Below are positions 12,101 to 24,100 of a DNA stretch of 64,000 nt, in pieces; the stretch's first letter is position 1; each line of letters opens with the position of its first letter. Location: NCBI GenBank assembly GCA_023248155.1, contig JAHFFE010000004.1, positions 4,248 to 68,247 of the forward strand. Reading direction: 5' to 3'. The notes beneath the pieces were generated by a model. That model was not told the origin of the DNA, did no database searches, and was given only the letters and a program-made list of their open reading frames with translations. The position numbers and the translations under genes were made by a program. The stretch comes from Candidatus Omnitrophota bacterium. Its GTDB lineage: Bacteria; Omnitrophota; Gorgyraeia; 1-14-0-20-64-10.

Positions 12101-15100
12101 CCTTCTGATTTCTCAGCCGGATGCGGATCTGATGGCGGAGCTGCTGCCGGAAGCCGCGGATGTCGACGGCGACGGCACGGTGGACCTGGCCGACTATGAG
12201 CGGCTTAAACAGCTGGTGGCTTTTGCAACGAACGCAATCTCGGTGGCTGAAATCCAGCGCGCCGATGTCAACCATGATACGTTTGTGGATCAGCACGACT
12301 ATGATGATCTCGACGCCGCGTTAGCGAGTGCGGCCCGCTTTGACGTCGACGGCAATCAAAAATTTGAACAGCGCGATGTCAATGCCGTCAGCGAAATGGT
12401 CGCCAAGCACATCACTTCAGCCACGCTGACCCGGGCCGATCTCAATGCGGACGGCCGGGTTGATCATCTGGATGCGCGCGCGTTGAGCGAGGCGCTGGGC
12501 CGGGGCGTGGACGTCAACGGCAACGGCAGTTTTGATGCGGCCGATGTCTACCGCATTGACGACGTGATCCGCGCCAACCGCATCGCGGCCACGGATTATG
12601 AATACCAGCTGCTGGACGTCAATGCCGACGGCTTGCGCAATGACCGCGATTTGAGCGACTTTATCGATGCCGTGCGCCGCGTGCCGTCGGACTTTAACCA
12701 AGACGGCCATTACGACAAGACGGATATGGAAGACCTTCAGGAGATTGTGACCCGCATGGCTGCGGCCGGCGTAACGCTGGATATGTTTGCCAAAGCCGAT
12801 GTCGACGGCAACGGCACGATCGAAACGGCGGACAGCACGAAATTGGAACAAGCCTTGAAATATGTCAAGGATATCGACGGCAACGGCATTGTCAACGAAC
12901 TCGACCTGACGCGCCTGCGTGATTTGCTGGAGTACCAAACTCTGCAGACCGGCCTGCGCCGCGATGCGCTGGCGAGTATGGATTTGACGGGGGAGGGCCA
13001 ATTGACGACGGCTGACCTTACCAAACTGCAGGGCTGGCTGGATAATCCCGCGTCGGCCACGGCGCTTGAGAAACACCGCGCCGATATCACGGGCGATGGC
13101 CGCTTCCAGGCCGATGACTACGATGCGCTCAATGCGATTTTGCAGATTTTGAAGAAAGACTTAAACGGCGATCTGCGCGTGGACCGCGCCGACCTTCAAT
13201 TCCTGATGGACCGCATTGCCGAAAGAACCGCGCTGCTGGCCAAATTCGATGTCAAAGCTGACAACGCGCTCACCGCCGGAGACACAACGGTCTTTGATAC
13301 GCTGCAGGCGGATTTTGGCGGGCTTATTTCGCCGCGGCGTTTTGATCTCAATAACGACGGCGCGGTCAATGCAGATGATGACAAACTGCTGGCCGATTAT
13401 GTCAGCGGACGCAGAACCGTGACGCCTGCGCTTTTTGATGTTCTCAATCTGAACGGCGATACCCTGGTAGGGCCTGCGGATCAAACCCTGCTGCAGGATG
13501 CGATCCGTATCCTTAAGGCCGATTTCAACGGCGACTTCCTGGTGGATGCAGCCGACCGCGGCTTGCTGGCCGATGGCGTGACGGGCGCGATCAAACGCTT
13601 TGAAACCCTTGACCTGACTTATGATTTTAACCAGAGCCAGACATTGACCGCGGATGACCGCGGGCCGCTCTTGGAAACCATGCGGGCGTTTGTGCGCGAT
13701 ATCCGGCCGTACAGCCGCGCGGATGTCAACCGCGATGGCGTCATCGGTGAAGAAGAACGCGCGGCCCTGCTGGATACAATCCGCTATTACGTGGATCTGG
13801 ACGGCATTGGCGGCGTGAATCAGGGCGATGTCCAGCTGCTGGAGCGTGTGCTGGCCTACCGCCGTTTGAATGTTCAGGATGCCGAAAGAGACCTGGCGGA
13901 TATCGACGGCGACGGCACGGTGGAACCGGACGATATCACGCAGCTGCAGGAAGGGCTGGCTTTGTTGAAACGCGCGGACATCACCGGCGACGGCCAATTG
14001 ACCAGCGCGGATACGGCGCGCGTGACGCAGATCGCCGATTTTCTGCGCCTTAATCCGGCGGCGGCCATGCCCTTTACGCTGGCGGAACTGAAGGCCGCGG
14101 ACGTGAACCTGGATGACGCTGTGGATGAAAAGGATATCGCCGTGATTCAGGACTATCTCAACAATCGCTATGACATCAACCGCAGCGGCGCGATTGATCA
14201 GACGGATCTGACCCGCTTTGCGAATATCATCAAGTACTTTGAATTGAAGGTCACGCCGGCAGATTTGATCCGGGCGGACTTTGACGGCGACGGCGTGCTG
14301 GAGGATGAAGACTTGACGATGCTGCGCGAGTATCTGCCGCGTTTTCAGCAGGGGGACATGAACGGCGATCACGTGCTTGACGGCGCTGATTTGGCGATCA
14401 TGCAGGATATTACGCGCTTCCTGGATGTGAAGAGTTTCGGCTTTAAGCAGATCGGCGGCCAGGATTATGACAACGACGGTATCGTGGATGTCTATCACAC
14501 GCTCTCACCCCTGCACCGCGCTGACATTAATCACGACGGCAAGATTACGGTCGAGGACCGGCATGAAATTGAAACGCTGATTCTGAGTCTGATCGATATC
14601 AACAACGACCAGGAGATTGACGAAGACGATCTGTCGCGCATGGCGGAAATTTTGGAAGCCGTAAAACTGAACGTCAAACAGTATGATCTGGCCAAGGCCG
14701 ATGTGGACGGCGACGGTTTCATCACGGGTTTCGACATTACGGAACTGGATAACGTCCTTGGCATTTTGCACGAATATGACCTGGACCGCGACGGCGATAC
14801 GGATGCGGACGACATCAAGATCGTCACGGATATTTTTGACAAGGCCCAGGCCATGCCGTTTACGCTGGAGGAACTGCGCATGGCCGACCTAAATCAGGAC
14901 GGCATTGTGGATGCGCGTGATCAGGCCGCCGTGCTGGACGTGCTTTCGAAGATTCGCGATGTCAACGGCGACGGCGTGACGGACATTTCGGACGTTGAAA
15001 AACTGGATCAATTACTGCGCATCACCGAGCTTAACCTCAAGCCTTACGAAATCAGCAATGCGGATGTGGACGCAAACGGCTTTGTGGATGAAATGGACAA

Positions 15101-18100
15101 ACTGCTGCTCGAACAAAGCATTGCGCTCTTCAGCAACGCCGATAATCTCGATGTGAACCGCGATGGCAAGGTCAATGAACTCGATGTGGAAGCCGTGCAA
15201 AGCCTGATTGCGGCTATTGCCCGCCAGGAGCAGATTCCGCTTGAGGAATTGACGCGCCGCGATATTACCCGGGACGGCACGGTCGATGACAAGGACGTGC
15301 AGGAAATCCTGAAAATTCTGCGTTTGCATACCGACGTCAACGGCGACGGCATCATCAACCAGGCCGATGTCAACCGTATTTGGGACGTGCAGAAATACCT
15401 GGCTTATAACATCAAACCCTCGGAACAAGCGCTGGCCGATGTCAATGAAGACGGAATCGTGGATACGGAAGATATTCTGGAACTGCGCCGCCGCCTGGCA
15501 GTTTTGCGGCGCGGCAATTTTGACAACGACCAGGACGTGGACGCCGATGACCTTGCCATCTTGCAAGCCACGGTGACTTTTGTCGAATCCATCAACCCGG
15601 AACTGCCCGGCCTGGCCCAGCGCATTGACTTTGACCGTTCCGGCCTGATCGATGAAACCGACCGTGCCCGGCTGCTGCAGATCTTGAGTTACCGGATTGA
15701 TTTGACAGGTGACGGCCTTGTGGATTCCGAGGATATCGATTATCTCTACCTGGCGATCGATGCGCTGGCCGCCGGCATTGCCAATCCGAACAAAGATATC
15801 GACGGCAATGGCGTGGTGGAAGGCACGGAGGATACCAATAACAACGGCATTCTGGATGAAGGCGAAGATCTGGATGCGGACGGCGTGCTGGATCTCGGAG
15901 ACGTCGGGCTGCTGAAGCAGAGCGTCGAGACCCTGCGTCAGTTTGATATGAATAGCGACAATGTCGTGGATCAAAGAGACCTGGATCTCTTGATGGACAT
16001 TATTTCTTATGCCTACGCTGACGGCGCGGTCTATGCGCGCGAATTCCGCCAGGCGGATATCAACGGCGACCGTGCGGTCAACGGCGCGGACAAGGAACTG
16101 GTTTTGGCCGCTGCCGGCAGCTGGTCTGTCCGCAAAACCGCCGCGCAGACCGCCGCGCGATTTGCCTTCACGGCCGGAGATCATCAGACGCTTTATTCTT
16201 CCGTCAACAATGCGTTCGTGGAATATGAACTGGCTTTGTCGCCGGCGGGCACCGGCACCTATGAAGTCGGTCTGTCCGCGCAGACGCATAACAATCTGAC
16301 GCCGCCTGCGGGTTACCAATACCGTTTCGATGCCTATGTGGACAATGTCTATCAGGGGCGCATTGAAATTCCGGCCTCGCGCACTTTAGCCACCGAAGGC
16401 TTCCTGAAGCTGGACCTCGAGCCGGGCCGCCATAACCTGCGGCTGGTTTGGACCAACAAAGAAGCGGGCACCAATGTCGAAATTAAAGAAATCTTTGCGC
16501 GCAATATCATGGACATTGCCGGCGCTGAAGGCTCGGCCTTTGCGCCGGATGGCCAAGTCAACGGGAATGATACCGATCTCATCGACCGCGTCATGGCCTT
16601 TTTCCCGAAAATCGACGTCAACGGCGACGGCTGGTTCCATCTGGACGATGCGCGCCAATACCGCCTCGACATTGCCCAGGCGCGCGTGCTCTACGGCTTA
16701 AATGACCGCGGCGACCTCAACCTGGCCGATGCGCCGGATGCCGCCGGACTGCTGGCGCGCTGGGACTTAAACCGTGACGGCGTCGTCAACCGCGCGGATG
16801 AAGACCATATGGAACAAATTGCCTTTTCAATCTATCAGGTGGACCGCTTGAACGGCGCGGACATGGACGGCAACGGACGCATTACGTCCCGGGATACGGA
16901 ACTGCTTGAAGAAGCCGTGCGCGCCCTGGTGGACGTGGACCAAAACGGCATCGTCGATGATAAAGACGTTTTCCGCATCCAGGATGTGATTGATTTCAAA
17001 TTGCTCAACCTCAAAGACGGCGAAAGCGAGCGCGCCGACATCAACCATGACGGCCGCGTCGATCATCTGGATAAAGATATTTTGGAACTCAACCTTGGCC
17101 TGATGCAGCAGTATGACGCCAACCGTGACCATGTCACCGATGCGCGTGATCTGAATCTGATCATCAATACGCTCAAGCTTTTTGCAGCCGACAGCGCCAA
17201 AATTGCGCTGGCGGATCTGAATAAAAACGGGTTTATCGACAGCGAAGACACCGCCCTGATTAAGGACAGTTTTTACCGCGGCGTGGATCTCAATGATGAC
17301 GGGCGTATTGATACCCGCGATGTCGAAATCGTGCGTGAGCTTAAAGCACGCGGCCTCTACAACACGCAAGCGGATCTGGAACCTGCGGGAGCGCCCAATG
17401 GCGTCATCAATCAAGCGGACATCGACGCCTTTGAAACCATTGTGCGCAATCGCGTGGATATCAACGGCGATGGGGTCATGGATGTCATTGATTTTGCCTA
17501 CACCATGGTCGAATTGGACCGCACGGTCTATGCCCAAGCCGATAAAGACGGCGATGGCGAAGTTACGGCCGCGGATCTGGAGGCGGTCAAGGCCGACCTG
17601 GCGCGGCTGGACGCCAACATGGACGGCATCGCCGACGTGTCTGATTTTGATCTTTATGAAGATGCAATTCGTCTGGTGTTGAATAACAATTTGACGGCCA
17701 ACGGCGCCACGGAAGCGCAGATCCTGAAGGCCTTGCGTATTTTGAAACCCACGCGGCCCAGCGATGACAGTCTGAGTTCGAACCTTTCCGTGCGCGGCAA
17801 TTTTGACGACGCGGCGATTTTGAGTTTGTTTACGCCGCAGGCCGGCGCCTGGCGCCAGGAAGGTATTTTTGCGGTGCAGTCCAATGCGCAAACCGAGGCC
17901 TGGAGCGAGGCGGGCGCCGCGGATTGGCGCGACATCGCGCTCGGAGCGGATCTGGAATTCCGCAGTTATAGCCGCCAGGCTGGGTTCCGTTTCCGTGTTC
18001 AGAATGACCGCAATTATTACTCCGTCATGCTGGCCGGCGACCGGTTGATTTTGGAAGCCGTGCGCAATAATGTGCGCAGCGTCCTGGCTGAAACGCAGCT

Positions 18101-21100
18101 TTCTGAGGCCACGCAGAATGAATCGCGCTATTACTTGGAAGTTTCCGCCATGGGCACCGAACTTCATGTGCGTTTAAACGGCCGTGACATGCTGACGGCA
18201 ACCGATGACAGTTTTGCTGCCGGTAAAATTGCCCTGCAGAGCACGGACTCCTACGTGAAATTTTCAAATCTGGCGCTGGATGCGGATGCAGACCTGGAGT
18301 ATTTGAGAACCACGCACATGCTCAAGACCGATCTTACGGGTGATGGCATCGTCAATAGCGCGGATGAGAACCTGCTGGCGGCGATTCAAGCGCTTGGACT
18401 CACCGACTTGAATTTGGACGGAAACGTGGATGCGGCGGACCGCAACTTGCTGCGCCTGAGCGCGTTTGCGGATTTTGACGGCGACACCCAGCTGGAACTT
18501 GAAGATTTGGATGCCGCAAATCTGCTGGTGCTGGATGGCGACGGCAACGGCCTTATGGACGGCCGCGACCTGACCGTGGTGGACGGCTACGTGCATCTGG
18601 CCGATCAAATTCAGTACGAAGTCTTTTCGATTCTGGATCGTGCGGATGTGGACGGATCGACCAAGGCCGAGATGGCGGATCTGACCAAGGCCACCCTGAT
18701 GGTCTGGCGCTATTTTGATTTTAACGGCGTTGATGGAGTTGACACGGATGACTGGGAGCGCTTGAAGATCGTGATCGCGGCCCGCCGCTTGTTCCCGAAT
18801 ACGGTCGTGATCGAAGACCTGATCAAGAAAATTGATTTTAATAAAAATGGCCGAGTCGATGATGCCGACAAAGCCCAGCTGGCGGATAACATCCGGGATT
18901 TTAACCTCGTCGATGTGAACCAGGACGGCATCATCAACGATAAAGACGTCAAGGCGGTCCAGGCCATTGTGGACACGATTTTATATATTCAGGAACTGAA
19001 TCCGTCTTCGATTATTTCTGAAGACCTTACCGGTGACGGCCTGATCGATATGCGGGATGTCAAGGAGGCGCTGGCGTTTCTGAATACGCTGGTGGACCGC
19101 AGCCCTCAAGACGGCATCGCCGATGCCTCAGCCATGGATGCCTTGCTGGAAGACTTGAAATCGATTGCGCTTTTCCAGCCGCCGCCCGAGGTCTGGGAGG
19201 CCGCGGATCTCAACAATGACCATCAAGTCGATATCGCCGATATCCAGATTTTCCTCAGCCGGCTGACAAGCTATGTTTTTACCGACCTCAATGATAACCA
19301 GCAGGTGACCAAGCAAGACCTTGAAATTGCGCGCACCTTGATTAATTACGTCAATCAATCGGTGCGCTATAGCGCCCGCCAGCTTGTGCTGGCGGATCTG
19401 GACGCCAGCGGCCAAGTGGATGCGGCCGATGCGCAGATCGCCGATGCGTTCCGCGATATCGACGGCAGCGGAACGGTCGAAGAACGTGACCGGCTGCTGG
19501 CGCAATACCTGGTCTTCCGCAGCCGGACTGATCTGGATGGCGACGGTGTGTTTGCGGCGAGCGACCGCGCGCTGGTGCGCTCGATGCTCGGCGCCCAATC
19601 ACTTGTGCAGTTCGGTACGCAAGCCACTCAATCGACGGCGCTCGAGCCGCTGGGCAATAACCTGATCGCCCAGGCGGCCGGCAGCCACTTTACCTACCGC
19701 TTTGAGATCACCGAAAGCGGTCTCTATGACGTCGGCGTTTCATTGAAGGCCTACGATAAAGTCGTGGCTGCGGGCTATGAATATCCGGTGGATGTTTATG
19801 TGGATGGTGAAAAGAAGGGCGAAATCCGCGTGGCCGGATCGAGCGTGGAATTTAACAGCGCCTCGCTCAAGCTGGAACTTCCCAAGGGGCCGCATCTGGT
19901 GAAGTTTGTGACGCGCACGCCGTCTGCGGATAATCACAAGATTCAGATGCACGAAGCGTTTGCACGCGCTGCCGCGGACTTAAATCAGGACGGCCTTGTG
20001 GACGTCAACGATGTCACGCTGATCGAGATGATTGCCGGCCGTTCGCTGGCAAGTGCCAAAGCCGATGTGACCGGCGAAGGCGCGGTGGACAATGCTGATG
20101 TGACTAAAATTCAGGAAATGACCGCGCAGTTCGCGCAGGCTTCACTGGCTCTGACCTATACGGATGCCGAAGGTCAAGTCCGGACGCTGGACAAGAACGG
20201 CGTTCTTGGCGCCCTGGCCTCCTTCGAAGGACTTAAACTCGATGGCGCGGATCTCAAAGTGCTGGAAACCTGGCGCGAGAATTTCAATACCAGCCTGGAA
20301 ACCAGTTTGTTGTCGCTTAACTCCCAGGCCCGCATTGAAGACGGCCGTCTTCAACTGTCGGCGCCGGCGGTGCCGGGCACGGCGGCCAAAGCGGAGTTCG
20401 GGTTTGCGGATTGGAAGACCGCAGGGGTTGAAACGCAGGTGCGGCTCGGTGGCGCCGGTACGGCGGAACGGTCGGCGGGCGTGATTCTGCGCGTTCAGGA
20501 TGAAAACAATTTTGTGCGCGTGCGTATCGTGCGCACCGGCGCGAGCCGCGACGCGCTGCGCGTTGAAAAAATTACCAACGGGGCTGTCACGCTGCTGTTG
20601 CCTGAGGTCCTGCTGGGCGCCGAAGTGCTGACCGATCCGTTCTACGGGTTGAAAGTTGAATTGGGCGCCGACACACTCAAAGTTTTTGTCAACGGCGCGC
20701 TGAAAGCGGAAAAAACAGGGTTAGGCGAGCCGGTTCAGGGCCGTTTGGCACTTTTTGCCGCCAACACCGAGGCGTCGTTCGATTCGCTGAGTGTGACGGC
20801 GGACATCCGCTTTGCGGATCTCGGCCCGGGCCTGCTTGTCCGCGATTTGGATAAAGACGGCAAACTCACGGCTTCCGACGATGCCATCCGCGCCGCGCTG
20901 ACTGCGTTCATGCAGGAAAATCAAAATACGGAATTTTTGCTGAATCTGGGCCGCGCGGATATCAATGCGGACGGCCGGTTAAATACGGAAGATGCCCAGC
21001 TGGTCAGCGACCGGATCAATGAAACGACGATTCGCGCCCGCGTGGACTTAAACAATGATAGCGTGCTGGAAGGAGCCGAGGCGCAGCGAATTGCGCAGGC

Positions 21101-24100
21101 CATCCGCGGCATGCAGGACGTCAACGAACAAAACGGCATTACTTCCGCGGATGCGGATCTGATCAAACAGATGGCGGCGCTGTCGCTCTTCCGCGACATT
21201 CCGGCCGGGGATTTAAACCGCGACGGCCTGGCCGGCAATCTGGATGCGGAGGAAATCAGGAAGTTTCTGGATTCGCTCTACCGCGGCTTGAATGTCTCAA
21301 GTCAGGAGCAGGCGCTGGCCGACGTCAATCAGGACGGCGTGGTCAACTATGTGGATATCGGCCTGCTGCTCAAGGCCAATACGCTTTATTTGCGCAGTGA
21401 CATTAACGGCGATGCTTCCGTCGATGAATTGGATCTTCTGCGTATGGACGGCATTTTGGAAGCGCTTTTCTCCGACGAATTGATCAACCGTGAAATCATC
21501 GCGCGCGCAGACCTGACGGGCGCGGATATCAATGCCGACGGCGTGGGCGACAAGGACGGTTTTATCCGTGCGGAGGATGAAGCCCTGTTTGCGAAATCGC
21601 TGGCGCTGTGGCGCGATCTTTCCGGGGACGGCAAGGTCGATGACAAGGACATCGCGTTGATTCAGCAGGGCCTGGATTTTCTGGCCAAGACCGGCGGCAT
21701 TTTACCCTCAGTTTCCAATTTTAACGGCGCGATGGTGGCGGCCGCGCTCAGACAGCTTAACGCGATAACTTACCGCGAAAAATCCCAGCGGCTTTTAACG
21801 GCCATGCTGTCGGAGCAAAACTTCGAGACCGATACCACGGGCTGGAGCTTTGACACCACCGGCTCCTGGCGCCGGATTGCCGGCCAACTGGTGCAGGAAA
21901 AAGCCATTACGCAGGAAATGACGAAAGCGACGATGGCCGGTACGGTCGAGAATTTCAATCTGAGCGTCAACTTCCGTTTTGACGGCACGAGCGGCCAGCC
22001 CGGCCGCGGCGGGTTTATTTTCAGGCTGGATCCTGTGACCGGCGATCATTACGACATTCTGGTAGACGGCGGCGTTTTCACTCTGCGCAAATTTACGGGC
22101 GGGAAGTATCAAAATCTGGCCACGCATGCGATTCAAGCCGACGAGGATTTCCATACGCTGGTTCTGCGCGCACACGAAGACAAGATTGAGGCTGTTTTGG
22201 ATGGCAGTGAAATTCTCTTCAAGATTCAGGATGGCGATCTGGAACGCGGCGGCCTGCAGATGTTTACCGGCCGCGGCACGATTGGCCGGTTTGAATCGGT
22301 GCGCGTCGACAACGTGGCCTTTCCGCCTGTCCAGGCCGGCTTGGCGCTCTTGGAACCGGTCGCGATGGAACAAAGCGTTGAAGACTTTGTCCTTGAAGCG
22401 GATCTGACGCTGGACGGCAGCCAGGTACCGCCCGTGATGACCGGGATGCCGCAGCCCAACGAAGGCCGCCAGGCCGGCGTCTTGTTTGCCTCGGCGGCCG
22501 ATGGTTCCGGATACCGCCTCAATTTCCGGCCCGACAGCGGCAAGATCGAACTTTACCGGCTGCAGGACAGCCAGGCGGAACGCTTGGGCTACGGCGTGAT
22601 TCCGGTCAGCGGCTGGGATAAACCGTATCATCTGGAAATCAAGCGCTCCGGCGGCCTGATCCGCGTTTTCGTCAACCACATGGAACTGATCAGCGTGGAT
22701 GACAGAGTTTTGGGCGGCGGGACGCTCAGTTTCTTTAGTGAAAATCAGACCGGCCTTGCGGCGGCCAACGTCCAACTGCGCAAAATGACGGCCTTTGACG
22801 ACATCGCCCGCAGCCTTTCGCTGAGCAAGGATTTGACCGGCGACGGCACCGTCAACGGCACGGATTACATGGTGCTGGCGGACCTGAATTCGGTGGTGAT
22901 CTCTGATTACAACGGCGACAAGATCCTGGATGAGCGCGATGCCGGCCTGTTCATGGCCCTGGCTTCCGGCCGGCTGGATGTCAACGGCGATCTTGCGCTG
23001 ACGCCGCAGGATTCCAGCGACTATGCCGACGCTTACCGGGGCCATGTGGACATTGATCAGGACGGCTTTGTCGACGCCCAGGATTTAGCGCGCCTGCAGT
23101 TTTTACGCCAGACGATCCGGGATTTCGGTGCGGCCGCGACGCCGCAGACTTTCTCGATGACGGATCTGCAAAAAGCCAATATCAATCAGGACAAGAGCGG
23201 GGCCGTCAACCAGGCGGATCTGTTCCTGCTGACCTCGGCCCACAATCTGATTACCAAACTGGTCTCCGCGCCTCTGATGTTTGACCTGCCGAGTTACCGG
23301 GCGATGACGGCTGAAGCCAAAGCGCAGTATGTGGCTGATTTTAACGAGGCCAAGAAAACGCACTACACAGCGGAGCAAATATCCTTTGCCGACGAAATCG
23401 ACTGGCGCGGCGACGTCAATGGCAGCGGGCTTACCGATCAAACGGACTTTGACTTGCTGCGTACGATCATTACGCTGACCCACACGGGCGCGGACGTCAA
23501 CAAGCTAAAACATGCGGACATCAACCGCGACGGCACGATCGATGCGGCCGATGTGGATTTTTACCGCAGTCTGCTGCCGGATCGAGTCGATGTGGATGAA
23601 AATGGTGTGGTCAATCATGACGACTATCTGGCCGTGCGCCAGGCCTACTTTCGCAGTGTGCTGGCCGATCTCAATGGCGACGGCTCGGTCGACGGTTTTG
23701 ATTTAGACAGCCTGCAGAACCTGCTGGGTCTGAAGGACGTCCGCATAGACGCGCTCAAGGCCTCCGACTGGCAGGGACGCGTCTCGGGCAGCGGTTTTGC
23801 CATGAGCGGCTCGGAAGCGGTGGCGGAGTCCGATGCCTGGATTGAATTTCCGCTGGCGATTGCCAACCGCGGCACGTATGACGTGGGTCTGGATGTGATT
23901 AATTTCGAAAAATTTGACCTGCCGGCGGGCTATCACTACCACTTTGAAGTCGAAATCAACGGCGCGCACGCGGGGGATATTTATCTGCCGGCATCGGCCG
24001 AAGCCTATCAGCGCGCGGCCCTGACGCTTAAACTCGACCCGGCCAATTACAAAGTACGGTTCAAATGGGTCAATGACGACGGCCGGCCCGAGACTGGGGT

